Assembly (NCBI GenBank): GCA_002189035.1
Contig: NEEC01000021.1
Coordinates: forward strand, 496,001 to 560,000
Direction of reading: 5' to 3'
From: Utricularia gibba
Lineage: Eukaryota; Plantae; Magnoliophyta
Length of the DNA stretch: 64,000 bases
Shown: positions 25,769 through 36,979 of the stretch, in pieces
Layout: the number at the start of each line of letters is the position of its first letter
Numbering within the stretch: the first letter of the stretch is position 1
Program-made: the position numbers and the translations under genes
Notes under the pieces: generated by a model
What the model saw: the letters and a program-made list of their open reading frames with translations, nothing else
Database searches by the model: none
What the model was told of the DNA's origin: nothing

Positions 25769-26802
25769 ATGTTGAATCCGAGGGCTGAGGAATGGCGGCC
25801 GGCCGGTTCGAGAACGCAGAGCTCTCCCCCGGCGGCGCAGATGATGCTGGCGGTGGTGCTCCCTGCTCCGCAGTTTCGCTACTACTACTCCTACTATTGC
25901 TGTTACTCCCATCAGCATCCCCGCCCCTACTCTTGGGGCTGGGGTACGCCCGAGAAGTTGAGAGTTGAAACGCCGGTGCCGGGAAGCAGCAGTAGCTGCA
26001 AGACAAAGAGAGCAGCGCCTCGTGGGCTGACGACGGTGATGATCAAGAACATCCCTAATAAGTTAAGGTAACACCGGCAAGATAGAGAAGACGATCCCTC
26101 CCTTTTTGCTTGTTTGTGTACGTAATGGCAGCCGGGTTGCTCGCAGGAGGGACTTCATGCTCTCATTCCTCGACCGCTGCTGCGATCAGCACGGTCTGGA
26201 GTATGACTTCTTCTATCTCCCCATGGACTTCGGGTAGGCTGAAAAAAAGTAGTCTTCAGAAAGAAGAACCCGCTGAATCTATAGATCTCACTTAGAAATT
26301 TTAACACAAAATAAGAACGAAGCGATTCTCTTCCTCGATTCACCTTTTGTCCAAAAAAGAGGAGTCCTTAGTGAGGAACTGACGGTGAGCACTGCTTGCA
26401 GAAGAAAGGGCAATCTGGGGTACGCCTTTGTCAACTTGACGACGGGGGAAGCTGCTCAGAAGCTCAAGGATCTCCTGCACAACCTCCGATGGGCAGATGT
26501 GGAAATCAACGAGGGCTCTTTCATCAAGTCTAAAAAAGTCTGCGACACAACATGGGCCAGGATTCAGGTCTTGCCTTTTTCTTCATAACATGGCTTGGTG
26601 TCTTGTTCTGTATTCTGACCAACAGAATGCATTTCAAATGACCAACTCCCAGGGCAAGCGGAGACTGGTGAAAAGGTTCCAGGACTCCGTCTTCGCGTGC
26701 GACAGACCCGAGTTCTTGCCCGTGGTACTCGACCCGCCACGGGGTCGAGCCGAACCCGACCCGGCGCCTCCACGCGTCATCGGGAGATTAGGCGGCAGGT
26801 GA
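25769..26802 (+). CDS. MEI2 C-terminal RRM-only protein (MCT / terminal ear1-like clade), 4 exons
   Basis: Exons 25769-26067, 26147-26233, 26402-26567, 26653-26802. RRM3 hallmarks TTVMIKNIPNKL, EYDFFYLPMDF, NLGYAFVNLT, WARIQGK; N-terminal LNPRAEEWRP motif; no RRM1/RRM2. Confidence 0.9.
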
Positions 26803-27949
26803 TCCGGTCTACATGTCCGTCGGCGGCGGCTGGATTGGAAGGGAAGCCTGTGATTGTTTCCGTGTAATGCAATGTGTAGAACTGAAATTAGAGGCTTTTT
26901 TAACTGTCGGTAAAACTGAAAATGTAGTGAAGTAAATTTACCTCGGTCTGGGTTGGAGCCGGGAGCCCCAAAGACAACTGGGAGGGAACGGAGTCCAGCT
27001 CCGTGAGGCAAAGCTAGATTAAACGGCAACCCATTAAGCTAGAACTCTTGGGTTGTCGACCGAAGCTTTTTTTGGCAGAACATTAGTGTTTTTGAAAACT
27101 AATCTTACTAAGATTCTATCTAAATTTTCTTTAATAATGTATAGTATGATTATTTTTCATATTTAAACACTAGAATGGTTACTTTTCAAAATCCACTATT
27201 TTTCAAAATCATTCCACGGAAGCATCTAAATGCATATTTTACATATTTGACTAGAGTTAGTTTATCATTGATGATTGGGTAGGATCAAGGATGAATTAGT
27301 TGGTGAAATACATTATTTTATATTTTCAATTTATAAAATACATTTCTTTGAAAAGTTTTCATGTATTTCTGTTTTTTTAATCTTCATTTTATTTTCAATC
27401 GATATAAAATCATATTTATCTTATGATTTTTCAAAGTAATTTAATCAAAGTGAAATTAAGATATGATTTGATATTCAAACATCTATCATAAAAATAGCAT
27501 ATGTCTTTGATTGAGTCATTCACATGATTTTATCTAAGTGTCTATATATTTTTAATCGTTAATTATATTCCATAAATAAAACAGTATGTGGAAGATATAT
27601 TTTGCAAAACAAAAATGCAAAATGATGTATTTCATCAATTTAACCCAAAAACGTGTATTTTACAAATTAAAAATACAAAATGATATATTTCACAAATTTT
27701 ATACTACAATTTTTCTTCTTGGGTATGCCCATAAGAACTCACACCCATAAGAGGATTGAGAGAGAAGACCATGGTTCATGGTTGGGTAGCATAATAATAA
27801 AAGCTCTATAGCTCACTATCTAGGGAGGCTAAACAGGGTTGAGAGAAAATGATCACATTGCAAAATACTAATCTAGAACTAATTGGCTTGTATCATGAAT
27901 GGTGAGTACATTAGGTGTAATAGATATGATATATCTTGATTCTACATCA

Positions 27950-28450
27950 TGTACCATAATAAAATATGACAGTTGTGCACATATATCAAGGAGGCATTGT
28001 ATATAAAACTATTGTACAAGTAGAAACAATGTAGAGAATCATTCAAGAAACTAATATTTGATTTACATTCAAACCCTTATATTGAATGATCCTCTCAAAT
28101 TCTTATCCTTCAGTCTCTTATTTTCTTTTATTCCAATAATGCAAGCAGCTACAAACAAATCTTTGTTTAATCACATCTTGGATTATATTTTTCTGTTATT
28201 AAATCCCAAATTGCTTTGAATCTATAAATCAAAGTAAGTTGACTAATGCACAAATTATAGTGTGTTGACATATGTTTTTTCATTTACTCCCATTGAGTGA
28301 CACTTATCTAATTATTATGTGAAGTTGATAGCAGCCTATTCAACCATGTAAAAAGTTTCTCATTCCAACACTATATAGTTTGCTTTGTTAAATTCTTGAA
28401 GTTTGGAGAAATATCACCATTGGAGGCATATAATTTAAAAAGGGGTGGAA
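27950..28450 (-). mobile_element. Possible heavily decayed LINE reverse transcriptase remnant
   Basis: Short minus-strand peptides VSLNGS and GLNVNQ occur in the order expected for L1 RT (VLINGS ... SGLKVN), interrupted by many stops. Weak. Confidence 0.25.
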
Positions 28451-29390
28451 TTATAGATAAATAAATTTTGATTAGAAGACTCAAAAGAATTCTCATTACC
28501 TAATATGGTTAACTTTAGTATTATACATTTTTAATTATCTTCAAAAACAACAACAAATTTCAGAGACATGAAGCAGTAACTACGGTATCATAATTTGTGT
28601 AATAAAAAATGAGAAATATTTCACATTCTCTCTTTATAAACCAACAAATGCACATGAAATGTTAGCTTTTGTTAAATCACTCATGAATTTTTATTTAATG
28701 AGTAATGATATTTAATATTATGAATTATTTATTAAGATTATTTTCATTTCTTTATTTATAGTGAAATTAATATTCAAGTTCTAGATCTATCAATTTAAAT
28801 ATAATAAAACGTAAAAAGATACTATCCTTTTCATTGGTTCATTTAGAAAATTAGCTACAGGTACAATTTATTCTTCACTGTCAGTTAAAATTTTTTACAT
28901 TACAAATATCTACTTTTTTCACACACTAAAGAGGAGATGACCAAGTTTCTAATAGATCTCATTTTCACTACCGATTTCGACTTTTTTGTCAAAAATATCT
29001 GATTTGAATATGCTTTGTCCATACATTCCTCCAAGTTGCGTATGCGTGTATCCTATTTATGTTAAATAATTATATTTATTTACTAATTTCACATTTTATG
29101 GGTATGCGTATTTATTTTTTTTAGATTAATTTATTTTAAAAAATTAAGAAAAGTAATATGTTTGTAACGTGTATTAGTTTTGTTTTTTCTTTCGAATATG
29201 AACATATGCGATTAAGTAATTCGATTTGTTTTGAATTAATGTCAATCGGATATATTATTTTAATTTATTATTAATTTTTAATTTAATGAATAATAGTTGA
29301 TTATAATATCATACCTAAATAGGTCGATCTAGAACGTGAGGCGGTCTAATGTTAATTTTTTTTATTTTTTTAATTTGAATTTCTTTCTCA

Positions 29391-29425
29391 GGCCCAACTA
29401 GGGTTTCCTCCACTCTTTATATATA
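29391..29425 (+). promoter_or_regulatory. Site II (GGCCCA) + telo-box (TAGGGTTT) + TATA box upstream of eIF5
   Basis: GGCCCA 29391-29396, TAGGGTTT 29399-29406, TATATATA 29418-29425. This combination is established for plant translation-machinery promoters. Confidence 0.7.
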
Positions 29426-30147
29426 CCCATTGGTTCCGTGATCCAATCTCCCAGTTCCTCCATCAGCTCAGGTTCTGAAGCGAAATTTTCATCCTGCGGT
29501 CGTTTCCGATCTGCTTTCGTCTTCCGTATTGAGAGAGGTTCGGTATCGGCTGAATCATTTTCTGTTGTGAGTTGTGCGTTTTTTTTTAATCTGTGTATGA
29601 GTTTTCTGTGAATCGAATATATTTGATGGCGCTTGGTGTTCCAGTTTTCTGTGATTCTCTTACGGAGTCGAGTTCAGATCTGCGATAGGGTTTTGTTGAA
29701 TTAATGGAATATTTCTAATTGAATCCTATGATTGAAGAAAACGTGTGAATTTGGTCTTCTGTTGGCTTTCTTTTCTTCTACGCGACGGTGTATTCATAGG
29801 TTGTTGCTCTTGTGGATCTGAAGCTTTGGGTTTGCCGAATTGGATTTGTTTGCTGTCTGAAATGGATAGAGCTCGGATCTTCTATGTATTATGTCGGTTA
29901 TACGGAGGGGAGATTAAAACGCCTATTTTCCGTTTTGGTATTTTTAATTGAAAATATTTTTGACTATTGGAATGCGGTTTACATGGGTTGCTAGGTGTTT
30001 GGATTGAATTAGCTAATATGTTTTTGAGCTGATTGATTCGTGTTGATATAAATTATTCTGACTTTGAAGCTTTTCAGGTGTTGTCTAGCAGAGTTGCGGT
30101 GATACCCGTTAGCAACAGTGGAGGGTTTTAAGTTTGTAGCTTCTTTT

Positions 30148-30384
30148 ATGTCTGAACGGGAATCCCACTTTTTATCATCGGTTGGGTTTCTTGTGGAGCA
30201 TTTTCCATCGCCCAGAATAAAGGGTAGACGTCCTGTTCCAGAAGTTGGCTGTATGCATCTGAGGTCTCGAGAAGGATTCAACATAAACTGTGAACACTAT
30301 CAGTTTATGCTTGGTTTACCGGCTGTGAAAAATTACCAAGAGACTGGGAAAGAACACTCTGTATTCATCTCATCTGTTTTCTGA
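30148..30384 (+). CDS. Upstream ORF (78 aa) in the eIF5 5' leader
   Basis: ATG 30148 to TGA 30384, ending 23 nt before the eIF5 ATG and downstream of a likely leader-intron acceptor (TTTTCAG, 30077). Peptide [44 protein letters not shown]... Confidence 0.65.
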   Translation: MSERESHFLSSVGFLVEHFPSPRIKGRRPVPEVGCMHLRSREGFNINCEHYQFMLGLPAVKNYQETGKEHSVFISSVF

Positions 30385-30407
30385 TTAAAGTTATCCCCTT
30401 TCTGGAA

Positions 30408-31751
30408 ATGGCTTTGCAGAATATTGGTGCTGGTAACAAGGATGATGCCTTCTACAGGTATAAGATGCCTAGAATGATTACTAAAATTGAGGGTCGTGGG
30501 AATGGAATCAAGACCAATATAGTCAATATGGTTGAAATTGCCAAGGCTCTTGGCAGGCCTGCATCTTACACTACAAAGTATTTTGGCTGTGAGTTGGGAG
30601 CACAGTCGAAGTTTGATGAGAAGACTGGTACATCACATGTCAATGGCGCCCATGATACTGCTAAGCTTGCTGGACTCCTTGAAAACTTCATTAAGAAATT
30701 TGTCCAGTGCTATGGCTGTGGCAACCCTGAAACTGAAGTCATCATAACAAAATCCCAAGTGATCAATCTCAAGTGTGCAGCCTGTGGTTTCATCTCCGAA
30801 GTTGACATGAGGGACAAGTTGACGACATTCATTCTTAAAAACCCTCCAGAAGCAAAAAAGTCGTCCAAGGACAAGAAGGCAATGAGGAGGGCCGAGAAGG
30901 AGAGGCTGAAAGAAGGTGAGGCCGCTGATGAAGAGCAGAAGAAACTTAAGAAAGAGGCATCTAAGAAGAAAGTCTCAACTGGGAGCACCAAGGATGCAGT
31001 CACAAAAGCCGCAGGCAAGAAAAAATCTCAATCTGATGAGGAGCAATCTCCCACCGGAAGCCAAGTAGATGAGCAGGAAGTTTCTGTGGCTGCTGCGGAT
31101 GATAGTGATGATGAGGTGGAGTGGCAGACAGACATTTCCGCAGTCGCCGCGCAACGTGCCATCCAGGAGCAGCTCAATGCAGTCACAGCAAGTATGGTCA
31201 TGCTCTCAGCAAACGAGGACAAGAAAGAATCAGCAAAAACTTCTCCCCCAAGAGAAGAGAAACCCAAAGCTAGCGGAAACTCTAATGGAGTCCATGGTCC
31301 TGGTCTCATCCACTCAATAAAACAGTATCTGAAGAAAGGTACCCCGGTCACTCAACTGAAATCCTTCCTGGACTCTCTCCCCGGCACAGAGCAGGAGATC
31401 ATGGACGCCTTGTTGGAGGCCTTATTCGAGGGAGTCTCGAAAGGCTTCTCCAAAGAGGTTATGAAAAAGAAAAGCTACCTCGCAGCTGCGGTGCAGGAGG
31501 AGGGCTCACAGCCTCTCCTTCTCCACGCCATCGAGGCCTTCTGCACGAAAGCAGCAGCTCCGGAGGCAGCGAAGGAGGTGGCTCTGGTCCTGAAGTCGCT
31601 CTACGACGGCGACGTGCTCGAAGAGGAGTACATTGTGGAGTGGTACAAGAAAGGTTTGGTTGGCAGCAACAAGAGCTCTCCCATCTGGAAGAACACCAAG
31701 CCGTTCGTGGAGTGGCTCCAGAGCGCCGAATCTGAATCCGAAGAAGAGTAA
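30408..31751 (+). CDS. eIF5: Eukaryotic translation initiation factor 5, uninterrupted CDS (447 aa)
   Basis: [32 protein letters not shown], zinc ribbon CYGCGNPET...CAACG, C-terminal W2 domain ([30 protein letters not shown]). Confidence 0.98.
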   Translation: MALQNIGAGNKDDAFYRYKMPRMITKIEGRGNGIKTNIVNMVEIAKALGRPASYTTKYFGCELGAQSKFDEKTGTSHVNGAHDTAKLAGLLENFIKKFVQCYGCGNPETEVIITKSQVINLKCAACGFISEVDMRDKLTTFILKNPPEAKKSSKDKKAMRRAEKERLKEGEAADEEQKKLKKEASKKKVSTGSTKDAVTKAAGKKKSQSDEEQSPTGSQVDEQEVSVAAADDSDDEVEWQTDISAVAAQRAIQEQLNAVTASMVMLSANEDKKESAKTSPPREEKPKASGNSNGVHGPGLIHSIKQYLKKGTPVTQLKSFLDSLPGTEQEIMDALLEALFEGVSKGFSKEVMKKKSYLAAAVQEEGSQPLLLHAIEAFCTKAAAPEAAKEVALVLKSLYDGDVLEEEYIVEWYKKGLVGSNKSSPIWKNTKPFVEWLQSAESESEEE

Positions 31752-32325
31752 GAGCCTCATCCCTGAGTTCCTCCTGTTTTCTTGGTACGGATAATGCACG
31801 TGTCTTTCCTTTTCCAAGCAATAAGGCCATGGGAGTGCTCCTGTGCTGAGTTTGCTGTGTGTTGAACTACATTCTCCCTATCTACTCCGTTAAATACGTG
31901 GATTTATGTTGATTGTCATTTACATTTTTATGTTAAAATTTCTATTTTTTAAACATGTAATTAATAATAATAATTTAAATATATGGTTTTAACAATAATA
32001 ATTTTTTTTTATTGGTGTCAAAGATGTCCCACTCTAGTAATTTTTATTCGATGATTAATGTTGCCATGAAATGTATTCAAATTGAAAAAAAAAAACTATA
32101 CGGAAAAGTATTTTGAAATCGATATAATATAATTCAGATACGAAATCGGTTTTCCATTTTGAAAATCGGTAGTTGAATATCGATCCTAAACTCCCAACTG
32201 CTCATCCCTAACAAGCAACAACTGAATGGACAACGATTCGTCGTCGTAAACGACAGTTCAATGTTATGGGAAGCCGTACTGGAGAAGGGAAGGGGTCTGT
32301 CTGTCTGTCTGCCTGTGCAGTCTCC

Positions 32326-34213
32326 TCATTTATGAAGGACACTCTTCTTTGGTTGCTTGGTCTTCTTCTGAGAGTAATACTGCATTCACACACACAGAAT
32401 GAGAGAACGAAATACATGCGGCTACTAGATACAGATAGCACGAGCCTTACCTTTTGTCTCTCCAGGGCTTCAACATCGGTCCTTTCCTTCCAGTTGCTTT
32501 TCCGGAGTTTAATTGGACGATTGCCAACATACTTCCCTGAGCCAAGAACAAGAAACCTGGTAAGAGGGCTGCCAGAGGTCCATGTAGTTTGATTTAAACC
32601 AAAAGGGATGGATGCTTCTCATTCGGGAAGTTGAAGGGGGGTGAAAGGAGAGTGCGGAGAGGATACACCAAACAAACTCAAGTGTGCAAGTGGCTGTGCT
32701 TACCATTCATTTCCTTGAGTGCTGCCGCGAGATCCGCTGGGTTGGAAAAGCTGACAAACCCAAAGCCTTTGGTTTTCCCAGTGCGTTTGTCCCGAACAAC
32801 CTAATTCATGATCAGATAGATCACCCTTAGAGACACTTCCGTCTTATCCAGCAAATGCTTTACATATGTGACATGGAGAGTGAAGATCACACACAAAGAG
32901 GATAAACAGATGGTATGAATATAAAGGTAGTTAGTAGTAGGAGAGCGTGAGGGTGCATACAACCTAGACCAACATTGCTCATCATCGATAAATGCAATTA
33001 CTCAGTCACAACATGATAATCAAAAATTCCTACAGAGGTGAAAATGCCAGAGTTTCACGATACAATATTAACCCTAGTTATTTCACCATCTTGATCTCTT
33101 TTGTTGGCTGATCACCACGAGTTCATTGGCGGTCAGCTTTGGAGGCAGCATTCAAACAATTTCGACAAAAAAAGGGGAAACCATCGGAAAATGGCATCAT
33201 GAATAACAAGCACATGCAAGTTATGTGATCTGAGCTGACCCATTTTGGTTAGAGAAAGTAAACCATCGCGCAAATACTGGATGACCACATAGCAATTGCG
33301 GCAAGGAGAATACTACCTTAATGAAGTCAAATGAGAGCTCCATGAACTTCAAACAAAAATCTGAAGACAACATGCTAATACTCATGTACACCACTCAACC
33401 AATGAATAAAGGGGGTGGGGGAAGAAAAAGGTTCGGTAGTTGCGTACCTTGGCCATGTTAAAGGAAGGAAATCTTGAAAATGCTTTAGATAAAACATCAT
33501 CATTCACCTCATTCCCAAGGTCACCACAAAAAAGCCGATAGTCATCTGTATGGCCAGTTGCAAACAAAAAGAGATGTAAGCCTACCCTTGATAATACAAA
33601 AAGAGATGGCACATTCACACGTACTCTCAGGCCATTCAGCAAGCGTAGGATCCTCCCATGTTTGCCCAGCTGCTTTCCGGGGAATAGCCCTCTTCTTGGT
33701 CTCCGCTTTGTGCTCAATATCGCTGCTGGCCAGCGCAGCCTTTACGCTTTCAAGAGCTTCCGGTGTTATGGTTTGGGCGTCCCTCTGAAACAGCTGCTGC
33801 GCCTGCTCCCATACCAGGAAAAATTAAGAGGGGACAGTACCAAAAACCAACAAGAATATATATAAAGCTAGTTTGCCGCTGATTATGGTGGCTCTATCAC
33901 AATCTCCCCGATTTCCTCAGCACATTAATCACAACAGCCACCAACTTTCCGAATCTCCTTAATTAGGGCACGGAAGAGAATTTGGGAGAAAATTACAGAG
34001 ACTTGCCTGCTGATATTGTGGTAACGAGTAGACAGTAGACGCAGCGGGATAAACCGGTGGAGGAGCTGCACCAATGTAAGGCGCAGAAGCCGGCGTCGGC
34101 GCCTGCTGAAGATGAAAAGGGGTTGGGAAATAGGATGTACCCGCGGCACTGTATGCGTACTGGGACGATGATGAGGCTGACGCAGCCGAAGTGCTCGAAT
34201 TTGACGTCGACAT
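32326..34213 (-). CDS. RBM42: RNA-binding protein 42-like (single RRM), multi-exon; first intron is GC-AG
   Basis: YSLPQYQQ|AQQLFQRDAQTITPEAL, RKAAGQTWEDPTLAEWPE, DYRLFCGDLGNEVNDDVLSKAFSRFPSFNMAK, YVGNRPIKLRKSNWK; ends KSVLHK-TGA at 32326. Confidence 0.92.
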
Positions 34214-35268
34214 CGCGAGCTGCCTGGGAAGAGAATCAACACAAACGACTACGCCTTCCGGCACGGCAGGGATCAGCGACGGTTATTTATAGCGTCGTAA
34301 ATCGGAAACTCAAAGCCAGGAGGACCTTTCCATAACTGTCTGAGCCGGGCCTCGCTTCTGAGCCCATTCATTTTGGACGCCCAACAATATTCACCATTTT
34401 TTAAAAAAATTATATCTAAAGACTGATGTCTCGTACTAAATTGAATTCATATTTTAAATTATATAAAATAGAATTATTTTTTAGATTATATGAATATAAT
34501 TAATTTTAAATTATAAAAATGTTTTATAAAATAATATAAATTAATAAATAATATATATGGTAAAAAATTAATATATTAAATTATATAATAATTTAATATT
34601 ATAATATAAATATATTTTTAGAATAAATAATATAATTTTTAAATTAATTTTTAATTTAATCACTAGAATATAGATTGAAAAAATTTAATAATTTACAAAA
34701 TTAATTATAAAATTTGAATTTATGATTTTATTATAAACGATTAACGATTATAATTTTAAATTATGTATACAAAACATACCCTGAATTGAATTCAAATTCA
34801 ACTCAATTTAATGCATTTTCTTTTTTGTAAATAGATATAAAAAAATATTAAATTCTTGTTATTTATATAAATAATCAAATCTAATGGATATTTAATAATT
34901 ACTACAATTAAAACAACATTTAAGATAAATAATTCATAATTAAAAAATTATATTATTTATGTAATCGAATTTATTAATTTTTAATTATACTTATTATAAA
35001 ATATTTTTAAAATAAAAATTATTTTATTTAATTTTTAGAATTTAGTTAATTTTTTTACAAAATTTGTAAGATTGAATAATCATTTTCATTTACTGCTACT
35101 CTGTGCGAGATGGATCAAATTCCAGACAGTAATTCCTTCGCCGCTGTTGCTGCTGCTCCTTGAGAATGGAGGATATGCGCAGCTGCAACTGGAGAGAGAC
35201 GCCTGAGACCCGAACCAGAAGAACTGCGTTACCAAGATTAGGTCTTAAACACGCAGCGGATAAGCCCA

Positions 35269-35598
35269 TCAATTTCCCCAGTTGGATGAGGGGTTCTGGG
35301 GCTGGACGGTGCTGTAGAATCGGGTTAATCTCCTTCGGATGATGGGCTTCGGCTTGATCACCTTCTTCCGCAACCCGAATATCTCCTGCACCAGCGGCAC
35401 ATGAACCAGCACAAGCTTCCACGCCGAGAACCAACCTTCAAAGCAAACGGATGAGGCCCCAAACCGCCCATAGAATCAAATCGAGATAATGGGTACCAGG
35501 AGAAGCGAACCTAGGAGGAGTACTGCGAAGGTGAAAAGAATCGCCAGAAGGGGCCGAAGAAGAAGGAACTCCAGGTATTCGAAGTCGGCCGATTCCAT
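35269..35598 (-). CDS. Small (84 aa) two-exon plant membrane protein, uncharacterised; not shown in the ORF track
   Basis: Exons 35598-35511 and 35435-35269, GT-AG intron of 75 nt. MESADFEYLEFLLLRPLLAILFTFAVLLL|GWFSAWKLVLVHVPLVQEIFGLRKKVIKPKPIIRRRLTRFYSTVQPQNPSSNWGN. I recognise WKLVLVHVPLVQEIFGLRKK as a conserved small plant protein motif. Confidence 0.85.
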
Positions 35599-36979
35599 TC
35601 TGCTCTCTCTTCTTGTCCACCCTAAGAAGCAAGTTGTAATCTTTAATATTCTTTATCTATGAAAACCTAGATAACTTGAGAGGAACACGCTTTTCGATAG
35701 TAAACAGCGACTTCGACACACATTCCTCATTTGAACTTGCTCAAAAATCTTGTGGAGGTCGGAAAAATTCGATCTTTTTTATCTGGGTTTTGCATGACGG
35801 TCTTGTTTCCTGTTTCTGAACAAAAAAAAGGATTGGTAGAGAACAGAGCTCAGGTAGAGGTTTCGCGCAAGTTTGGTGGCGTCAATTGTAGCTGATTTCT
35901 TCATGTGGAACAGAGGAACCTGCAACAGAAGAGCTTTTATGGGTGTAGCTTAAAGTATGTTTCTGTTTACTCGTATCGCGAGCTGAAATGGCCATTTCAA
36001 GCTTCCCTCTTTCCTACCCTTCTTGTGCAATTGCTGGCCTGCATCTTCCTACAAGTTTAATATTCTTGTGCAATTCCTGCCTCCACTGATTTTCATCGAA
36101 AGTTATCAAGTTGCTCAATCACATTTTCTGATCCATCTCTAGTACAGAGAATCAGCTCGTGAGAGCTTCAATTCCTTCTCCGATGGTGGTTTCTGATTCC
36201 CTGCTCACTTCAAGCTATTAGAAAGATATTAGAAAGAAAGAGAGTAGAGAGTCCACTTTTCTGTGACGAGAAAGAAGCATCTCTGTGTAGAATGAATGCG
36301 CTGCCCTGCAATTTTTTTTCACACCAATTCAAGAACCAGAACGAACCAATTGAAAGGTAGAACGAAAAGCATGTACAGTCTCTGTGATTGCAGTAGCCAT
36401 AATCGTTTGCTTTGCTGTCTGCGGTAGTTTTTTCTTCTCTTTTCATGCTGTCATAACTATAACCCTCCATTTTAGTTAATACCCATCACGTCACTAAGCA
36501 TCAACCACAGCCATAAACATTTTAGAGGAGAAACAGCAGCATGACAAGGACAACCATTCAACTTTCATCTGAGGTTTCACAAAATAACAAGCCCCATTTC
36601 AGCTTTCAGACTGCTTGTTTCCTTTCTTTATTACAAGGACTTTGTAGTATGCTCAAGATTGAAACTTTTTAAACCTTTCACAAAATGGTCGCTCCCACTC
36701 ACATAAAGCTTGTATTTTGGAGATTCAGTTCCAGTGGCAAACCAAAATAATACTCAAAAGATATGAATATAAATGATCAATTATCCTGAATACACGGTTC
36801 AATCCAAGGAAATCTATTCCTATGCCTCCACTAAGGATCAGATGGCTCCTGACCATGTAAAGGGATTGAAATACTTACATGTGGACTCTCCTGATCAGCG
36901 ATGAGGAAGGATCAGCATCCCTAATCATGTTAACCAAGCAATCAAAACATATATATCAACGCTCAACAAGGCAAGACTT

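Noticed and set aside
30532-31830. Several antisense and off-frame ORFs over eIF5
   Set aside because: Expected shadows of a GC-rich real CDS with biased codons.
35096-35434. 112-aa minus-strand ORF in the track
   Set aside because: Off-frame shadow of exon 2 of the 84-aa membrane protein, which has the proper ATG, splice sites and conserved motif.
36210-36470. 86-aa minus-strand ORF downstream of NIPA
   Set aside because: No recognisable similarity; probably NIPA 3' UTR or spacer.
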